Source of the DNA: an uncultured Actinomycetes bacterium
Lineage (GTDB): Bacteria > Actinomycetota > UBA4738 > JBBDTT01
DNA length: 64,000 bases
Assembly (NCBI GenBank): GCA_963742735.1
Contig: CAVUMN010000003.1
Span: 800,001 to 864,000 of the forward strand
Reading direction: 5' to 3'
Position numbers and translations under genes: made by a program. Of the stretch, positions 9,057-20,187 are shown one piece after another. Every line of letters starts with the position of its first letter. Position 1 is the first letter of the stretch. A model generated the notes under the pieces. It was not told where the DNA came from. It saw nothing but the letters and a program-made list of their open reading frames with translations, and did not search any database.

Positions 9057-10706
9057 GTGCTGCTCGAGCTGCACATCGCCGGCCTGGGCGTGATCGACGA
9101 CGTGACGATCGAGCTCGCCCCCGGGTTGAACGTGCTGACCGGCGAGACGGGGGCCGGCAAAACCATGGTCACGGTCGCTCTGGGGCTCGCGCTGGGGGAG
9201 CGGGCGTCGGCGGCGCTGGTCCGGACTGGAGCGGGCGCGGCGCGCGTGGAGGCCCGGTTCGCGGCGCCGGAGGGCGTGGCCGAGCTCGCCGAGTGGGGCG
9301 AGGACGGCGAGCTGATCCTGTCCCGGCAGGTCGCGGCCGAGGGGCGGGGGACCGCGCGGATCGGCGGCCAGATCGTCCCCGTGTCCACCCTCGCCTCGCT
9401 GGGCCCGAGGCTGGTCGAGGTCCACGGCCAGCACGACCAGCAGCGGCTGCTGGCGCCGGGCGCACAGCTGGCGTTCCTGGACCGGTTCGCCGGCGCGGAC
9501 CACCTCCGGGTCCTCGTCCAGTACCGCAAGACGTTCTCCCGCCTTCAGGAGGTCCGCGGACGGCTCGAGGAGTTGGAGCGCGCCGAGCGCGACCGGGCCC
9601 GCGACGCCGATCTCCTGGCCTACCAGGTCGGTGAGATCGAGGCCGCCGACCTGGTTCCCGGCGAGGCCGCCTCACTGGCGGAGGAGGCCCGCCGGCTGGA
9701 ACACGCCGAGTCGATCTCGGTGCTCGCCGCCGAGGCCGAGTCCGCGCTGACGGGGGAGGGCGCGGGGTCCGATGCCCTGGCCGCCGCCGCGGCGGCGCTG
9801 GAGCGGGCGTCGAGCCACGACCCGGCGGCCGGGGTGCTCGCGGCGCGACTGCGCTCGCTGGCCGCGGAGGCCGCCGACGCCGCCGGGGAGGTTCGCCGGT
9901 ACCGGGAGTCCTCCGAGGCCGACCCCGCGCGGCTGGCCGGGATCCAGGATCGGATCGCGGCGATCCGCGGCCTGGAGCGGAAGTACGGCGAGGGCGAGAT
10001 CGAGGTCCTGCACTACCTGGCCGAGGCGCGGGAGCGCCTCGCTTCGCTGGAGGGGGGCGAGGCCGAACGGGCTCGGCTGGCTGAGGAGGCCGAGCGCCTG
10101 GGGGCCGAGGCCGCCTCCCGGGCGGTGACCATCCGCAACGAGCGGGCGGCCGCCGGCTCGACCCTGGCCGGGGCGATCGAGGTGGAGCTGTGGGATCTGG
10201 GGATGGAGGGCGCCTCGGTCGGCGTCGAGCTCTCCGAGACCGCGCTCGGCCCCGACGGCGGCGAGCGGGCCGAGCTGCTGCTGGCGGCCGGGCCCGGCCA
10301 GCAGCGCCTCCCCCTGCGCTCGGCGGCTTCCGGAGGCGAGCTCTCACGAACCATGCTGGCCTGCCGGAGCGTCCTGGCGGACCTGGACGACGTGCCGACG
10401 CTCGTCTTCGACGAGGTCGACGCGGGGATCGGCGGAAGAGCCGGCGTGGCCGTCGGGCGGCGCCTGGCGCGCATCGCCCGTGGGCGGCAGGTCCTGGTCG
10501 TGACCCATCTGCCGCAGATCGCCTGCTTTGCGGACCGTCACATCCGGGTCGAAAAGGACGAAGGAACCGCTAGGATCGAGGGCCTCGACGACTCGGCCCG
10601 CGTCGACGAGCTCTCTCGCATGCTGGCCGGGCTTCCATCTTCCGAGGCGGCCTCCACGCACGCGGAGGAGCTGTTGGCCCAGGCAGCGAAAGAGAAGGGG
10701 ACATGA
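9057..10706 (+). CDS. recN: DNA repair protein RecN
   Basis: TGETGAGKT, HGQHDQQ, ASGGELSR, FDEVDAGIGG, VTHLPQIA. Confidence 0.97.
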   Translation: MLLELHIAGLGVIDDVTIELAPGLNVLTGETGAGKTMVTVALGLALGERASAALVRTGAGAARVEARFAAPEGVAELAEWGEDGELILSRQVAAEGRGTARIGGQIVPVSTLASLGPRLVEVHGQHDQQRLLAPGAQLAFLDRFAGADHLRVLVQYRKTFSRLQEVRGRLEELERAERDRARDADLLAYQVGEIEAADLVPGEAASLAEEARRLEHAESISVLAAEAESALTGEGAGSDALAAAAAALERASSHDPAAGVLAARLRSLAAEAADAAGEVRRYRESSEADPARLAGIQDRIAAIRGLERKYGEGEIEVLHYLAEARERLASLEGGEAERARLAEEAERLGAEAASRAVTIRNERAAAGSTLAGAIEVELWDLGMEGASVGVELSETALGPDGGERAELLLAAGPGQQRLPLRSAASGGELSRTMLACRSVLADLDDVPTLVFDEVDAGIGGRAGVAVGRRLARIARGRQVLVVTHLPQIACFADRHIRVEKDEGTARIEGLDDSARVDELSRMLAGLPSSEAASTHAEELLAQAAKEKGT

Positions 10707-11404
10707 CACAGCGCCGCGCTCCCATGGTCGTGATGTGGCTGGCCATCGCCGTCGCCGCCGCGGTGCTCGTCTCCACCGGCCTGCCCACCGGACGGGGCAA
10801 CGCCGAGGCCGCCGGCTTCGGTGGCGTGCGCCCGGTTGGGCCGCCCCCCATCGTCGACAAGGCCTTCCCGGCGTTCGCCCAGGCCGAGGGGATCACGCTG
10901 CACCTGCCCCAGGAGAAGCCGGTGGGCGTGCTCTTCCACGAGGCGGCGCACCGCGAGGCGCTGGCCATGGCGCCGTACGGCGAGTGCAAGCGCAACGCGA
11001 ACAAGACCCGCTTCCTCCCGCCCGACCCCGCCGCGCCGGGCCGGCCGTACATGGTGATGAGCAGCCGGGGACGCGGGACGCCCGCCACCTCCGCCGTGGA
11101 CATCCAGGCCCCGGCCGGGAGCACGCTGTTCTCCCCGGTCACCGGCCGGGTCGTCGCGGTGAAGGCGTACTGGCTCTACAACAGCTACCCGGACATCCGG
11201 ATCGAGATCGAGCCCGACGGCGCCCCCGGGCTGCGCGTGGTGATGATCCACCTGGAGCGCGTGGTGAACGTCGCGGTCGGCCAGCGCGTGGTCGCGTCGG
11301 TGACCCCGATCGGACGGCCCCGGGTCCTGCCGTTCTACTCGCAGACCGACACGTACACCGGCATGCACGACCCGCACGTGCACCTCGAGATCAAGCGGGT
11401 GTAG
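10703..11404 (+). CDS. Exported M23/LytM-domain protein, possibly catalytically degenerate
   Basis: N-terminal TM/signal; AVDIQAPAGS..SPVTGRV; IHL; PHVHLEIK. First Zn-ligand His of HxxxD appears to be absent. Confidence 0.75.
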   Translation: MTQRRAPMVVMWLAIAVAAAVLVSTGLPTGRGNAEAAGFGGVRPVGPPPIVDKAFPAFAQAEGITLHLPQEKPVGVLFHEAAHREALAMAPYGECKRNANKTRFLPPDPAAPGRPYMVMSSRGRGTPATSAVDIQAPAGSTLFSPVTGRVVAVKAYWLYNSYPDIRIEIEPDGAPGLRVVMIHLERVVNVAVGQRVVASVTPIGRPRVLPFYSQTDTYTGMHDPHVHLEIKRV

Positions 11405-12568
11405 TTGCCGAGGCTCCGCCTCCGCCGCGCCCGACCCACCCAGTTCGCGGCGCGCGTGGATCGCCGGACCAAGAACCTGTTCGGACGCCTGCATCCGGGC
11501 GAGGTCGCGGTGATCGACCACGAGGACCTGGACCGCGTCGCCGCCGAGGGCCTGGTCGAGCGGGGGGCCGGCGCCGTCGTCAACGCGTCGCGGTCGATCA
11601 GCGGCCGGTACCCGAACCTGGGGCCGCTGGTCCTGGTCGAGGCGGGCATCCCGCTCATCGACGGGGTCGGCACGCTGGTCATGGAGAAGGTGGCGGAGGG
11701 CGCGCCCCTGCGCATCGAGGAGGACCGGGTCTACTCGGGCGACCGGCTGGTGGGGGTCGGCCACCGGCAGACCACGTCCACGGTTCGCCGGGCCATGGAC
11801 GAGGCACGGGCCGGGCTGGCGGAGCAGTTCGAGCGGTTCGCCGAGAACACCATGGACTACATGCAGCGCGAGCGGGACCTGCTGTTCGGCGGCGTGGGGC
11901 TGCCGGACCTTCGCCTGAGCCTCGACGGGCGGCACGTGCTGGTCGTGGTCCGGGGCTACAACTACCGGCAGGACCTCGGCGCGCTCCGCGCGTACATCCG
12001 CGACGTCCGCCCGGTGCTGGTCGGCGTGGACGGCGGGGCCGACGCCCTGCTCGAGGAGGGGTACAAGCCGCACATCATCCTCGGCGACATGGACAGCGTC
12101 AGCGAGCGGGCCCTGCGCTGCGGCGCGGAGATCGTCCTGCACGCCTACCCGGGAGGGTTCGCCCCCGGGCAGGAGCGGCTGCTCGGCCTGGGGATCCCGC
12201 ACGTCGTGGCCGAGGCCACCGGGACCAGCGAGGACGTCGCCTTCCTGCTCGCGCACGAGAAGGGCGCCGAGCTCATCGTGGCGGTGGGCACCCACGGGAA
12301 CCTTCGCGAGTTCCTGGACAAGGGGCGCGAGGGGATGGCGTCCACCTTCCTGGTCCGCCTGCGGGTGGGGGAGATCCTCGTCGACGCGAAGGGTGTGAGC
12401 CGGATGTACCGGGAGCGGATCCGCGGCCGGGACCTGGTGCTGCTGGTCGGCTCGGCCGTGGTGGCCATGGTCGTGGTGGCCATCGCCTCCGAGCCGTTCC
12501 GCCTCTTCCTGCGGCAGCTGCTGGTGCAGCTCCGCAACCTCCTGTTCGAGCTCAAACAGCTGTTCTGA
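11405..12568 (+). CDS. steA: Cytokinetic ring protein SteA (thiamine pyrophosphokinase-like)
   Basis: VDRRTKNL, IDHEDLDRVAAE, SISGRYPNLGP, GVDGGADAL, GDMDSVS, FLDKGREGMASTFL; C-terminal TM. Confidence 0.92.
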   Translation: MPRLRLRRARPTQFAARVDRRTKNLFGRLHPGEVAVIDHEDLDRVAAEGLVERGAGAVVNASRSISGRYPNLGPLVLVEAGIPLIDGVGTLVMEKVAEGAPLRIEEDRVYSGDRLVGVGHRQTTSTVRRAMDEARAGLAEQFERFAENTMDYMQRERDLLFGGVGLPDLRLSLDGRHVLVVVRGYNYRQDLGALRAYIRDVRPVLVGVDGGADALLEEGYKPHIILGDMDSVSERALRCGAEIVLHAYPGGFAPGQERLLGLGIPHVVAEATGTSEDVAFLLAHEKGAELIVAVGTHGNLREFLDKGREGMASTFLVRLRVGEILVDAKGVSRMYRERIRGRDLVLLVGSAVVAMVVVAIASEPFRLFLRQLLVQLRNLLFELKQLF

Positions 12569-12622
12569 GCGCCGGCTCGGTTCGCCCGACGTGACTAGGT
12601 TTCGAATGATCCGGGCGGGCCA

Positions 12623-12649
12623 TCAAGCTTTCGCCGCGCCAACCGATAC
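12623..12649 (+). promoter_or_regulatory. Putative sigma28 (FliA/WhiG-type) promoter
   Basis: TCAAG-N14-ACCGATAC, 8 nt before ATG 12658. Confidence 0.55.
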
Positions 12650-12657
12650 AAGGGGCC

Positions 12658-13311
12658 ATGAGCGCCGCGATCAAGGTCATGCTGGTGGACGACCAACCGG
12701 CCGTGCGCTGGCTCCTCCGCAGCACCCTCGAGCCCGACGATCGGTTCGAGATCGTGGGCGAGGCGGGCGACGGCAACGAAGCCGTCTCGGTGGCCGAGGC
12801 CAACCACCCGGACTTGGCCGTGCTGGATCTGGCCATGCCGAACGGCGACGGCCTCAAGGCGATCAGCGAGATCCGCCGCACCTCTCCCGAGACGAGGATC
12901 GTCGTGCTCTCCGGGCACGCCGAATCGATGGGCGGCCTGGCCCGGGCGCACGGCGCGGCGGGCTGCGTGCAGAAGGGCCGTGAGCCCGAGGTCCTGTTCC
13001 GCGAGATCGCCAGGCTGTTCCCCGAGGTGTTCGGGGCCACGCCGGCGGACGCCCCGGACGCCGAGGTCGGCCCAAGCCCCGCACCGAACCTCTCGACCCT
13101 GCTGCACGACCTGCAGGGCGAGCTCACCATCGTCTACGGGTTCGCCGCCACCCTTCGCGACGCGAGGGAGCAGATGGACGCCGAGGCGGTCCTGGCCTGC
13201 GCCGAGCCGATCGAGCGGAGCGCGCGCGAGCTCTCCCGGCTGATCGGCGGCCTCCCCGAGGCGATCGCGGGATCGCTCGGACGTACGGCGACCGAGGTCA
13301 GCCCGTACTGA
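12658..13311 (+). CDS. Response-regulator receiver fused to a HisKA/DHp-like helix pair, no HATPase domain
   Basis: LVDD, LDLAMP, VLSG and K receiver motifs; C-terminal LLHDLQGELTIVYGFAATL resembles an H-box. Confidence 0.8.
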   Translation: MSAAIKVMLVDDQPAVRWLLRSTLEPDDRFEIVGEAGDGNEAVSVAEANHPDLAVLDLAMPNGDGLKAISEIRRTSPETRIVVLSGHAESMGGLARAHGAAGCVQKGREPEVLFREIARLFPEVFGATPADAPDAEVGPSPAPNLSTLLHDLQGELTIVYGFAATLRDAREQMDAEAVLACAEPIERSARELSRLIGGLPEAIAGSLGRTATEVSPY

Positions 13312-13340
13312 CCATGTGCAGAAATGGGGCCCACCGATCC

Positions 13341-13368
13341 TCAGCTTTCCGCGCTCGGCCGCCGATAG
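13341..13368 (+). promoter_or_regulatory. Putative sigma28 (FliA/WhiG-type) promoter
   Basis: TCAG-N16-GCCGATAG upstream of ATG 13382. Confidence 0.55.
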
Positions 13369-13381
13369 CTTCAGAGAGCAC

Positions 13382-14398
13382 ATGAGCAGCGAAACCGTCG
13401 AGGAGATCGCGGCGCCGCCGGTCGCCGGCTCGCCCCGGGCCGGGCAGCGGCTGCGTACGACGCCGCCGCCGGTCGGGCGGGTCCTGGTGGTCGACGACGA
13501 CCCCGACATCGCGTGGCTGATCGAGCATTCCCTGCGCTTCCAGGGACTGGACGTGCATCTGGCCGTCGACGGCCCGTCGGCCCTGGAGGCGGCCACCCGC
13601 CTGCAGCCCGACCTGATCCTGCTCGACGTGATGCTGCCCGGCATGGACGGAAACGCCGTCTGCGAGCGGCTGCGGGAGGACCCCCGCACCGCGAACGCGT
13701 TCATCATCATGCTCACCGCGCGGGTCCGGCTCGAGGACCGGATGACGGGGCTGGCCTCGGGCGCCGACGAGTACCTGCCGAAGCCGTTCCACCCCGAGGA
13801 ACTGCTGGCCCGGGTCGCCGTTGCCCTCCGCCGGCTTCGGGAGATGAAGGCCCTCTCGCCGCTCACCGGACTCCCGGGGAACATCCACATCCAGCAGCGC
13901 ATCGAACACCTGGTTGCCGATACTCGGCCGTTCGCCCTCCTCTATGCGGACCTGGATCACTTCAAGGCCTACAACGACCGCTACGGGTTCGTCCGGGGCG
14001 ACCGGGCCCTCCAGGCCCTGGCGGAGACCATCTGCCGGGTGGCCGCCGAGACGTCGGGTCCCGAGACGTTCGTGGGTCACGTCGGTGGGGACGACTTCGT
14101 GTTGCTGGTGGACCCGGGGCTGGCCGAGGCCGTCGCCTCGCGGCTGGTGGCGCGGTTCGACGAGGTGGTTCCCTCCCTGTACGACCCGCAGGATCTGCGG
14201 GCCGGCTCGATCGAGGTCGCCGACCGGCAGGGGACCCCCCACCGCTACCCGCTGCTGACCGTGTCGATCGGCGTGACGTCGACGGAGCGGCGCACCTTCG
14301 GTCACTTCGGCGAGGTCGTGACCGTGGCGAACGAGCTCAAGCAGTTCGCGAAGCGCGAGCCGGGCTCGTCCTACGCGTTCGACCGCCGCTCGGGCTGA
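13382..14398 (+). CDS. Response regulator-diguanylate cyclase (REC-GGDEF)
   Basis: VVDDD/LDVMLP/KPF receiver; SPLTGLPGN, DLDHFKAYNDRYG and GGDDF. Confidence 0.92.
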   Translation: MSSETVEEIAAPPVAGSPRAGQRLRTTPPPVGRVLVVDDDPDIAWLIEHSLRFQGLDVHLAVDGPSALEAATRLQPDLILLDVMLPGMDGNAVCERLREDPRTANAFIIMLTARVRLEDRMTGLASGADEYLPKPFHPEELLARVAVALRRLREMKALSPLTGLPGNIHIQQRIEHLVADTRPFALLYADLDHFKAYNDRYGFVRGDRALQALAETICRVAAETSGPETFVGHVGGDDFVLLVDPGLAEAVASRLVARFDEVVPSLYDPQDLRAGSIEVADRQGTPHRYPLLTVSIGVTSTERRTFGHFGEVVTVANELKQFAKREPGSSYAFDRRSG

Positions 14399-14435
14399 CC
14401 GACCTCTGTCGGCGGTTCGCATAGCATCCTCGGGA

Positions 14436-15356
14436 ATGATCTCGTTCCGCTATCACCTGATCACGATCGTGGCGATCTTCCTGTCGATCTCGCTGGGGAT
14501 CGTGATGGGGACGACGTTCGTCCAGGACCCGCTGCTCGACCAGCTTCGGGACCGGACCAACCGGCTCGACAAGGACAACCAGGAGCTCCAGGACCTCCTC
14601 GAGGTGCAGGGCCGACAGCTCGCGGCGACGGAGGCGTTCGCCCAGGCGGTCTTCCCCCGGCTGGCGACGTCTCGTCTCGAGCAGGTCCCGGTGGTGATCC
14701 TCACCCAGGCGCGGACGGCGGACGACGACCTGGAGGCCACCCGGGCCGCCCTCGAGCAGGCCGGCGCGGTCCTGCAGGCGGAGCTGGTCGTGCAGCCCCG
14801 CATCCAGGCGAAGTCGGAGGGCGCGCGGGTCGAGCTCGCCGGCGTCCTCGGGATGAGCCCCGACACCGGCGCCCGGGTGCTCACCGAGGCGGCGACCGAC
14901 CGGCTGGGCCGGCGCCTGGCCACCGGCCCCGACGGCGCCACCCCCCAGACCGACGTCCTGGCCGCCCTGCTGAGCGACGGCTTCGTCACCTCGCCGCGCG
15001 AGCCCGACGTCCAGCGGGTGGGCGGCGTCGGCACGGTGGTCGTGGTGGTTGCGGGAGGCCGGGGCGCGCCGGCGATGGAGATCGAGGACGTCCTGCTTCC
15101 GATCATGCGGTCCTACGTCCGCGACGGGATCGGCGCGGCCGCGCAGGCCACCGACTCCGAGTACCCCTTCGTGCAGCTGGTTCGGTCCGACGACGTCCTC
15201 TCGGACGCGGTGACGACCGTCGACGACGTGGACCTGGTGGCCGGCCAGCTCGCGCTGGTGCTGGCGGTGGAGGACCTCATCGAGGGCGACGGCGTGGGCC
15301 ACTACGGGACCGAGGGCGCCGCGCTGCCACCGCTGGAGCCGACCCCGCAGGCATGA
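14436..15356 (+). CDS. steB: SteB / MctB (DUF3186) family protein
   Basis: MISFRYHLITIVAIFLSISLGI N-terminus, coiled coil, TTVDDVD...GHYG C-terminus. Confidence 0.88.
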   Translation: MISFRYHLITIVAIFLSISLGIVMGTTFVQDPLLDQLRDRTNRLDKDNQELQDLLEVQGRQLAATEAFAQAVFPRLATSRLEQVPVVILTQARTADDDLEATRAALEQAGAVLQAELVVQPRIQAKSEGARVELAGVLGMSPDTGARVLTEAATDRLGRRLATGPDGATPQTDVLAALLSDGFVTSPREPDVQRVGGVGTVVVVVAGGRGAPAMEIEDVLLPIMRSYVRDGIGAAAQATDSEYPFVQLVRSDDVLSDAVTTVDDVDLVAGQLALVLAVEDLIEGDGVGHYGTEGAALPPLEPTPQA

Positions 15357-16033
15357 GCGAGCTCGGGGTCGTCGCGCTGATCGCCGCCCGCAACGAGGCG
15401 GACCGGATCGGCGACACCGTCCGGGCCGTCGCGACGATCCCGCAGGTCGAGCGGATCTACGTGGTCGAGAACGGCTCGACCGACCGCACGGTCGACGAGG
15501 CGCGCGCCGCCGGCGCGTGGGTGCTGACCGCGCCGGGCGGCATGGGCAAGGGCGACGCACTCGAGGGAGCCATGCACCGCGTCCGCGGCCGGGTGTACCT
15601 GCTGCTCGACGGCGACCTGGGCTCCTCGGCGAAGGAGGCCGCCCTGCTCCTCGAGCCGGTGCTGGGGGGCCGCGCCGACCTGACCGTCGGGACCTTTCCC
15701 CGCGACGCCCGCCACGGCGGGTTCGGGATCGTGAAGCGCGCCTCGCGGTGGCTGATCTCCGCGCTGACGAACGTCGAGCCGCAGGAGCCGATGAGCGGCC
15801 AGCGCGCGCTCACGGCGCGGGTGGCCGACTCCGTGCGTCCCCTGGCCGGTGGCTTCGGCGTCGAGGTGGCGATGACGATCGACGCGTTGCGCCTCGGGTT
15901 CCGGTTCCAGGAGGTCCCGGTGAACATGGAGCACCGGTACACCGGCCGCGACCTGTCCGGGTTCGCCCACCGCGGCCGGCAGGGCTGGGACATCCTGCGC
16001 GCCTGGGCGCCGCGGGCCCTGCGCATCCGTTGA
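15353..16033 (+). CDS. Glycosyltransferase family 2
   Basis: AARNEA, GKGDAL, LLDGD, MSGQRA, GFGVEV. Confidence 0.9.
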   Translation: MSELGVVALIAARNEADRIGDTVRAVATIPQVERIYVVENGSTDRTVDEARAAGAWVLTAPGGMGKGDALEGAMHRVRGRVYLLLDGDLGSSAKEAALLLEPVLGGRADLTVGTFPRDARHGGFGIVKRASRWLISALTNVEPQEPMSGQRALTARVADSVRPLAGGFGVEVAMTIDALRLGFRFQEVPVNMEHRYTGRDLSGFAHRGRQGWDILRAWAPRALRIR

Positions 16034-16782
16034 AGCTCCAGGCCCGGAACCACCGGGGCGTCGAGCTCCCGGTCGTCCTCGGCCTGGTGGTGGTCCTGAT
16101 CTCGCTGGTGCCGACGGTGATCGCCGGCGGCCGCGAGCAGACGTTCGGCGTGGCCATGGGGCTGGTGCTGGTGGCCCTGGGTGGCCTGCTCGACGACTGG
16201 TGGGGGAGCCACGTCCGGGGGATCCGCGGGCACCTGTCGGCCCTGGCCCGCGGCCGGATGACCACGGGCATCCTCAAGATCCTGGCCGGCTTCGTGGCGG
16301 CCGGGCTGGCCATCGCGGAGGTCGGCGGGTCGGTCGGGCGCATGATCGTCGGAGTCTTCGTGATCGCCGGGGCGACCAACCTGTGGAACGTCCTCGACGT
16401 CGCTCCCGGGCGCGCCCTCAAGGTGTTCGTCCCCGTCCAGGCCCTCCTGCTGTGGGGGCTGTGGGACACGGCCTTCGCCGTCCCGGCGGCCGCGTCCCTG
16501 GCCGCGGCGCTCGCCGTGCTGCCGTTCGACCTGCGGGAACGGGCGATGCTCGGCGACGCCGGCTCGAACCCGCTGGGGTTCCTGGTGGGGGTGGGCCTCT
16601 ACGCCCGGCTGTCGGCCCCGGCCCTGGGGATCGCGCTGGTGGTGATCCTGGGGCTGCAGTTCCTGGCCGAGACGATCACGCTGTCGAGGGTGATCGACTC
16701 GGCGCCGCCGCTGCGGTGGTACGACCGGCTCGGGAGGCTCCGCGATACGAAAAGTTCACGCGATTCGAGCCGGGATGGCTGA
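16030..16782 (+). CDS. MraY/WecA-like (glycosyltransferase family 4) membrane protein
   Basis: GLLDD, NLWNVLDVAPGRALK, MLGDAGSN; TTG start in a TTGA overlap. Confidence 0.85.
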   Translation: MKLQARNHRGVELPVVLGLVVVLISLVPTVIAGGREQTFGVAMGLVLVALGGLLDDWWGSHVRGIRGHLSALARGRMTTGILKILAGFVAAGLAIAEVGGSVGRMIVGVFVIAGATNLWNVLDVAPGRALKVFVPVQALLLWGLWDTAFAVPAAASLAAALAVLPFDLRERAMLGDAGSNPLGFLVGVGLYARLSAPALGIALVVILGLQFLAETITLSRVIDSAPPLRWYDRLGRLRDTKSSRDSSRDG

Positions 16783-16809
16783 CTGTGCTCGAACGCTCTG
16801 CTAGTGTGA

Positions 16810-18471
<1,662 letters not shown>

Positions 18472-18475
18472 GCGC

Positions 18476-19042
18476 GTGACCGCCCCCGGGGGCACGCCGT
18501 CGTCTTCGGAGCGTGTGTTCACCGGGCGCCTGTTCTCCGTCGACGTCGAGCAGTGGCACGACCCCGACCGCGGTCGCGAGATCGTCCGCCACCTGGGCGC
18601 GGTGGCCGTGCTGCCCGTCACCCGCGACAAGGGCGTCATCCTGGTCCGCCAGTACCGCGAGGCCATCCGCGACGAGCTCCTGGAGGTCCCGGCCGGCGTC
18701 CTCGACGTCCCCGGCGAGGAGCCCGAGAGCGCCGCGATCCGCGAGCTCGAGGAGGAGACCGGCCTGAAGGCCCGTGCCATCCGCCCGCTGTTCCCCATCC
18801 ACACCTCCCCGGGGTTCGTGGACGAGGCCATCCACCTGTTCGTCGCCGACGTCGAGGGCGACCCGAGGCCCCAGCAGGAGGAGGGGATCACCGAGATCGT
18901 CACGGTGCCCTTCGACGAGGCCGTCCGGATGGTCCGCGCGGGGGAGATCCAGGACGCGAAGACGGCGCTCGCCATCCTGTTGGCGGAGCCGCTGATCCGG
19001 GGCGAAGATGGACGGGCCCTCAGCGAGGAGGAGGCACCGTGA
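18476..19042 (+). CDS. NUDIX hydrolase (ADP-ribose pyrophosphatase-like)
   Basis: Nudix box AG...RELEEETG; SPG; DAKT. Confidence 0.92.
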   Translation: MTAPGGTPSSSERVFTGRLFSVDVEQWHDPDRGREIVRHLGAVAVLPVTRDKGVILVRQYREAIRDELLEVPAGVLDVPGEEPESAAIRELEEETGLKARAIRPLFPIHTSPGFVDEAIHLFVADVEGDPRPQQEEGITEIVTVPFDEAVRMVRAGEIQDAKTALAILLAEPLIRGEDGRALSEEEAP

Positions 19043-20163
19043 TCGTCGGTGTGCCACGCGAGGTCAAGGACAACGAGTTCCGCGTCGCGGCGACCCCCGA
19101 GGGGGTCCGGGAGCTCACCCACCTGGGACATCAGGTCGTGGTCGAGACCGGGGCCGGCGAGGGGTCCTCGATCCCCGACGAGCAGTTCGTGCGCGCCGGC
19201 GCCGAAATCCTTTCCGCCGCGAAGCCGGTCTGGGACGGCGCGGACCTGATCCTGAAGGTCAAGGAGCCCATCGCCTCCGAGTACGACCTGATGCGCGAGG
19301 ACCAGATCCTGTTCACGTATCTGCACCTGGCGGCGAGCGCCGAGCTCACCAAGGCGTTGCTCGAGCGCAAGGTCGCGGCCGTGGCGTACGAGACCGTCCA
19401 GACGCGCGAGGGCGCGCTTCCGCTGCTGGCGCCGATGAGTGAGGTGGCCGGGCGGATGGCTCCGCACGTCGGCGCCGGGCTCCTGGAGCGCGAGCACGGC
19501 GGGCGGGGGATCCTGGTGGGTGGCGTCTCCGGCGTGGCCCCGGCGAAGGTCCTGGTGATCGGGGCGGGCATGGCCGGGTCGAACGCGGCGTGGATCGCGG
19601 CCGGCATGGAGGCCGAGGTCGTGGTCGTCGACAACAACCTCGACAAGCTCCGCTACATCGACCAGATCCACCAGGGCCGGATCCTGACCCTGATGTCGAA
19701 CCGGCTGTCGCTCGAGAAGCTCGTGCGGACCTCGGACCTGCTGATCGGCTCCGTCCTCATCCCCGGCGCGAAGGCCCCGAAGCTCGTCTCCGCGGAGATG
19801 GTGGCCAGCATGCGGCCCGGCTCGGTGATCATCGACATCGCCATCGACCAGGGCGGCTGCGTGGAGACCTCGCACATGACCACCCACTCGGACCCGACGT
19901 ACGTGGACCTCGGGGTCGTCCACTACGCGGTGGGGAACATGCCCGGCGCGGTCCCGCATACCTCGACGTACGCGCTCACCAACGTCACGCTGCCCTACGC
20001 CATCGCCGTCGCCGAGCGCGGCCTGGAGGACGCCGCCAAGCGCGACGGCGCGCTGGCCCGGGGCGTGAACACCTACGGCGGTCAGCTGACGAACGCGGCG
20101 GTGGGCGAGGCCCACGGCATGGCCGCCACCCACCTGGGCAGCCTGGTCGCCGGGGTCACCTAG
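19039..20163 (+). CDS. ald: Alanine dehydrogenase
   Basis: VGVPREVKDNEFRV, FTYLHLAA, PMSEVAGR, IAIDQGGCVET, NMPGAVP; GAGGAGG RBS. Confidence 0.96.
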   Translation: MIVGVPREVKDNEFRVAATPEGVRELTHLGHQVVVETGAGEGSSIPDEQFVRAGAEILSAAKPVWDGADLILKVKEPIASEYDLMREDQILFTYLHLAASAELTKALLERKVAAVAYETVQTREGALPLLAPMSEVAGRMAPHVGAGLLEREHGGRGILVGGVSGVAPAKVLVIGAGMAGSNAAWIAAGMEAEVVVVDNNLDKLRYIDQIHQGRILTLMSNRLSLEKLVRTSDLLIGSVLIPGAKAPKLVSAEMVASMRPGSVIIDIAIDQGGCVETSHMTTHSDPTYVDLGVVHYAVGNMPGAVPHTSTYALTNVTLPYAIAVAERGLEDAAKRDGALARGVNTYGGQLTNAAVGEAHGMAATHLGSLVAGVT

Positions 20164-20187
20164 GCCGCGTCCGATAGCCTTCCGGGC

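Noticed and set aside
13382-14398. Hypr-type GGDEF making cGAMP
   Set aside because: The specificity position reads Asp (YGFVRGD), not Ser, consistent with an ordinary c-di-GMP synthase.
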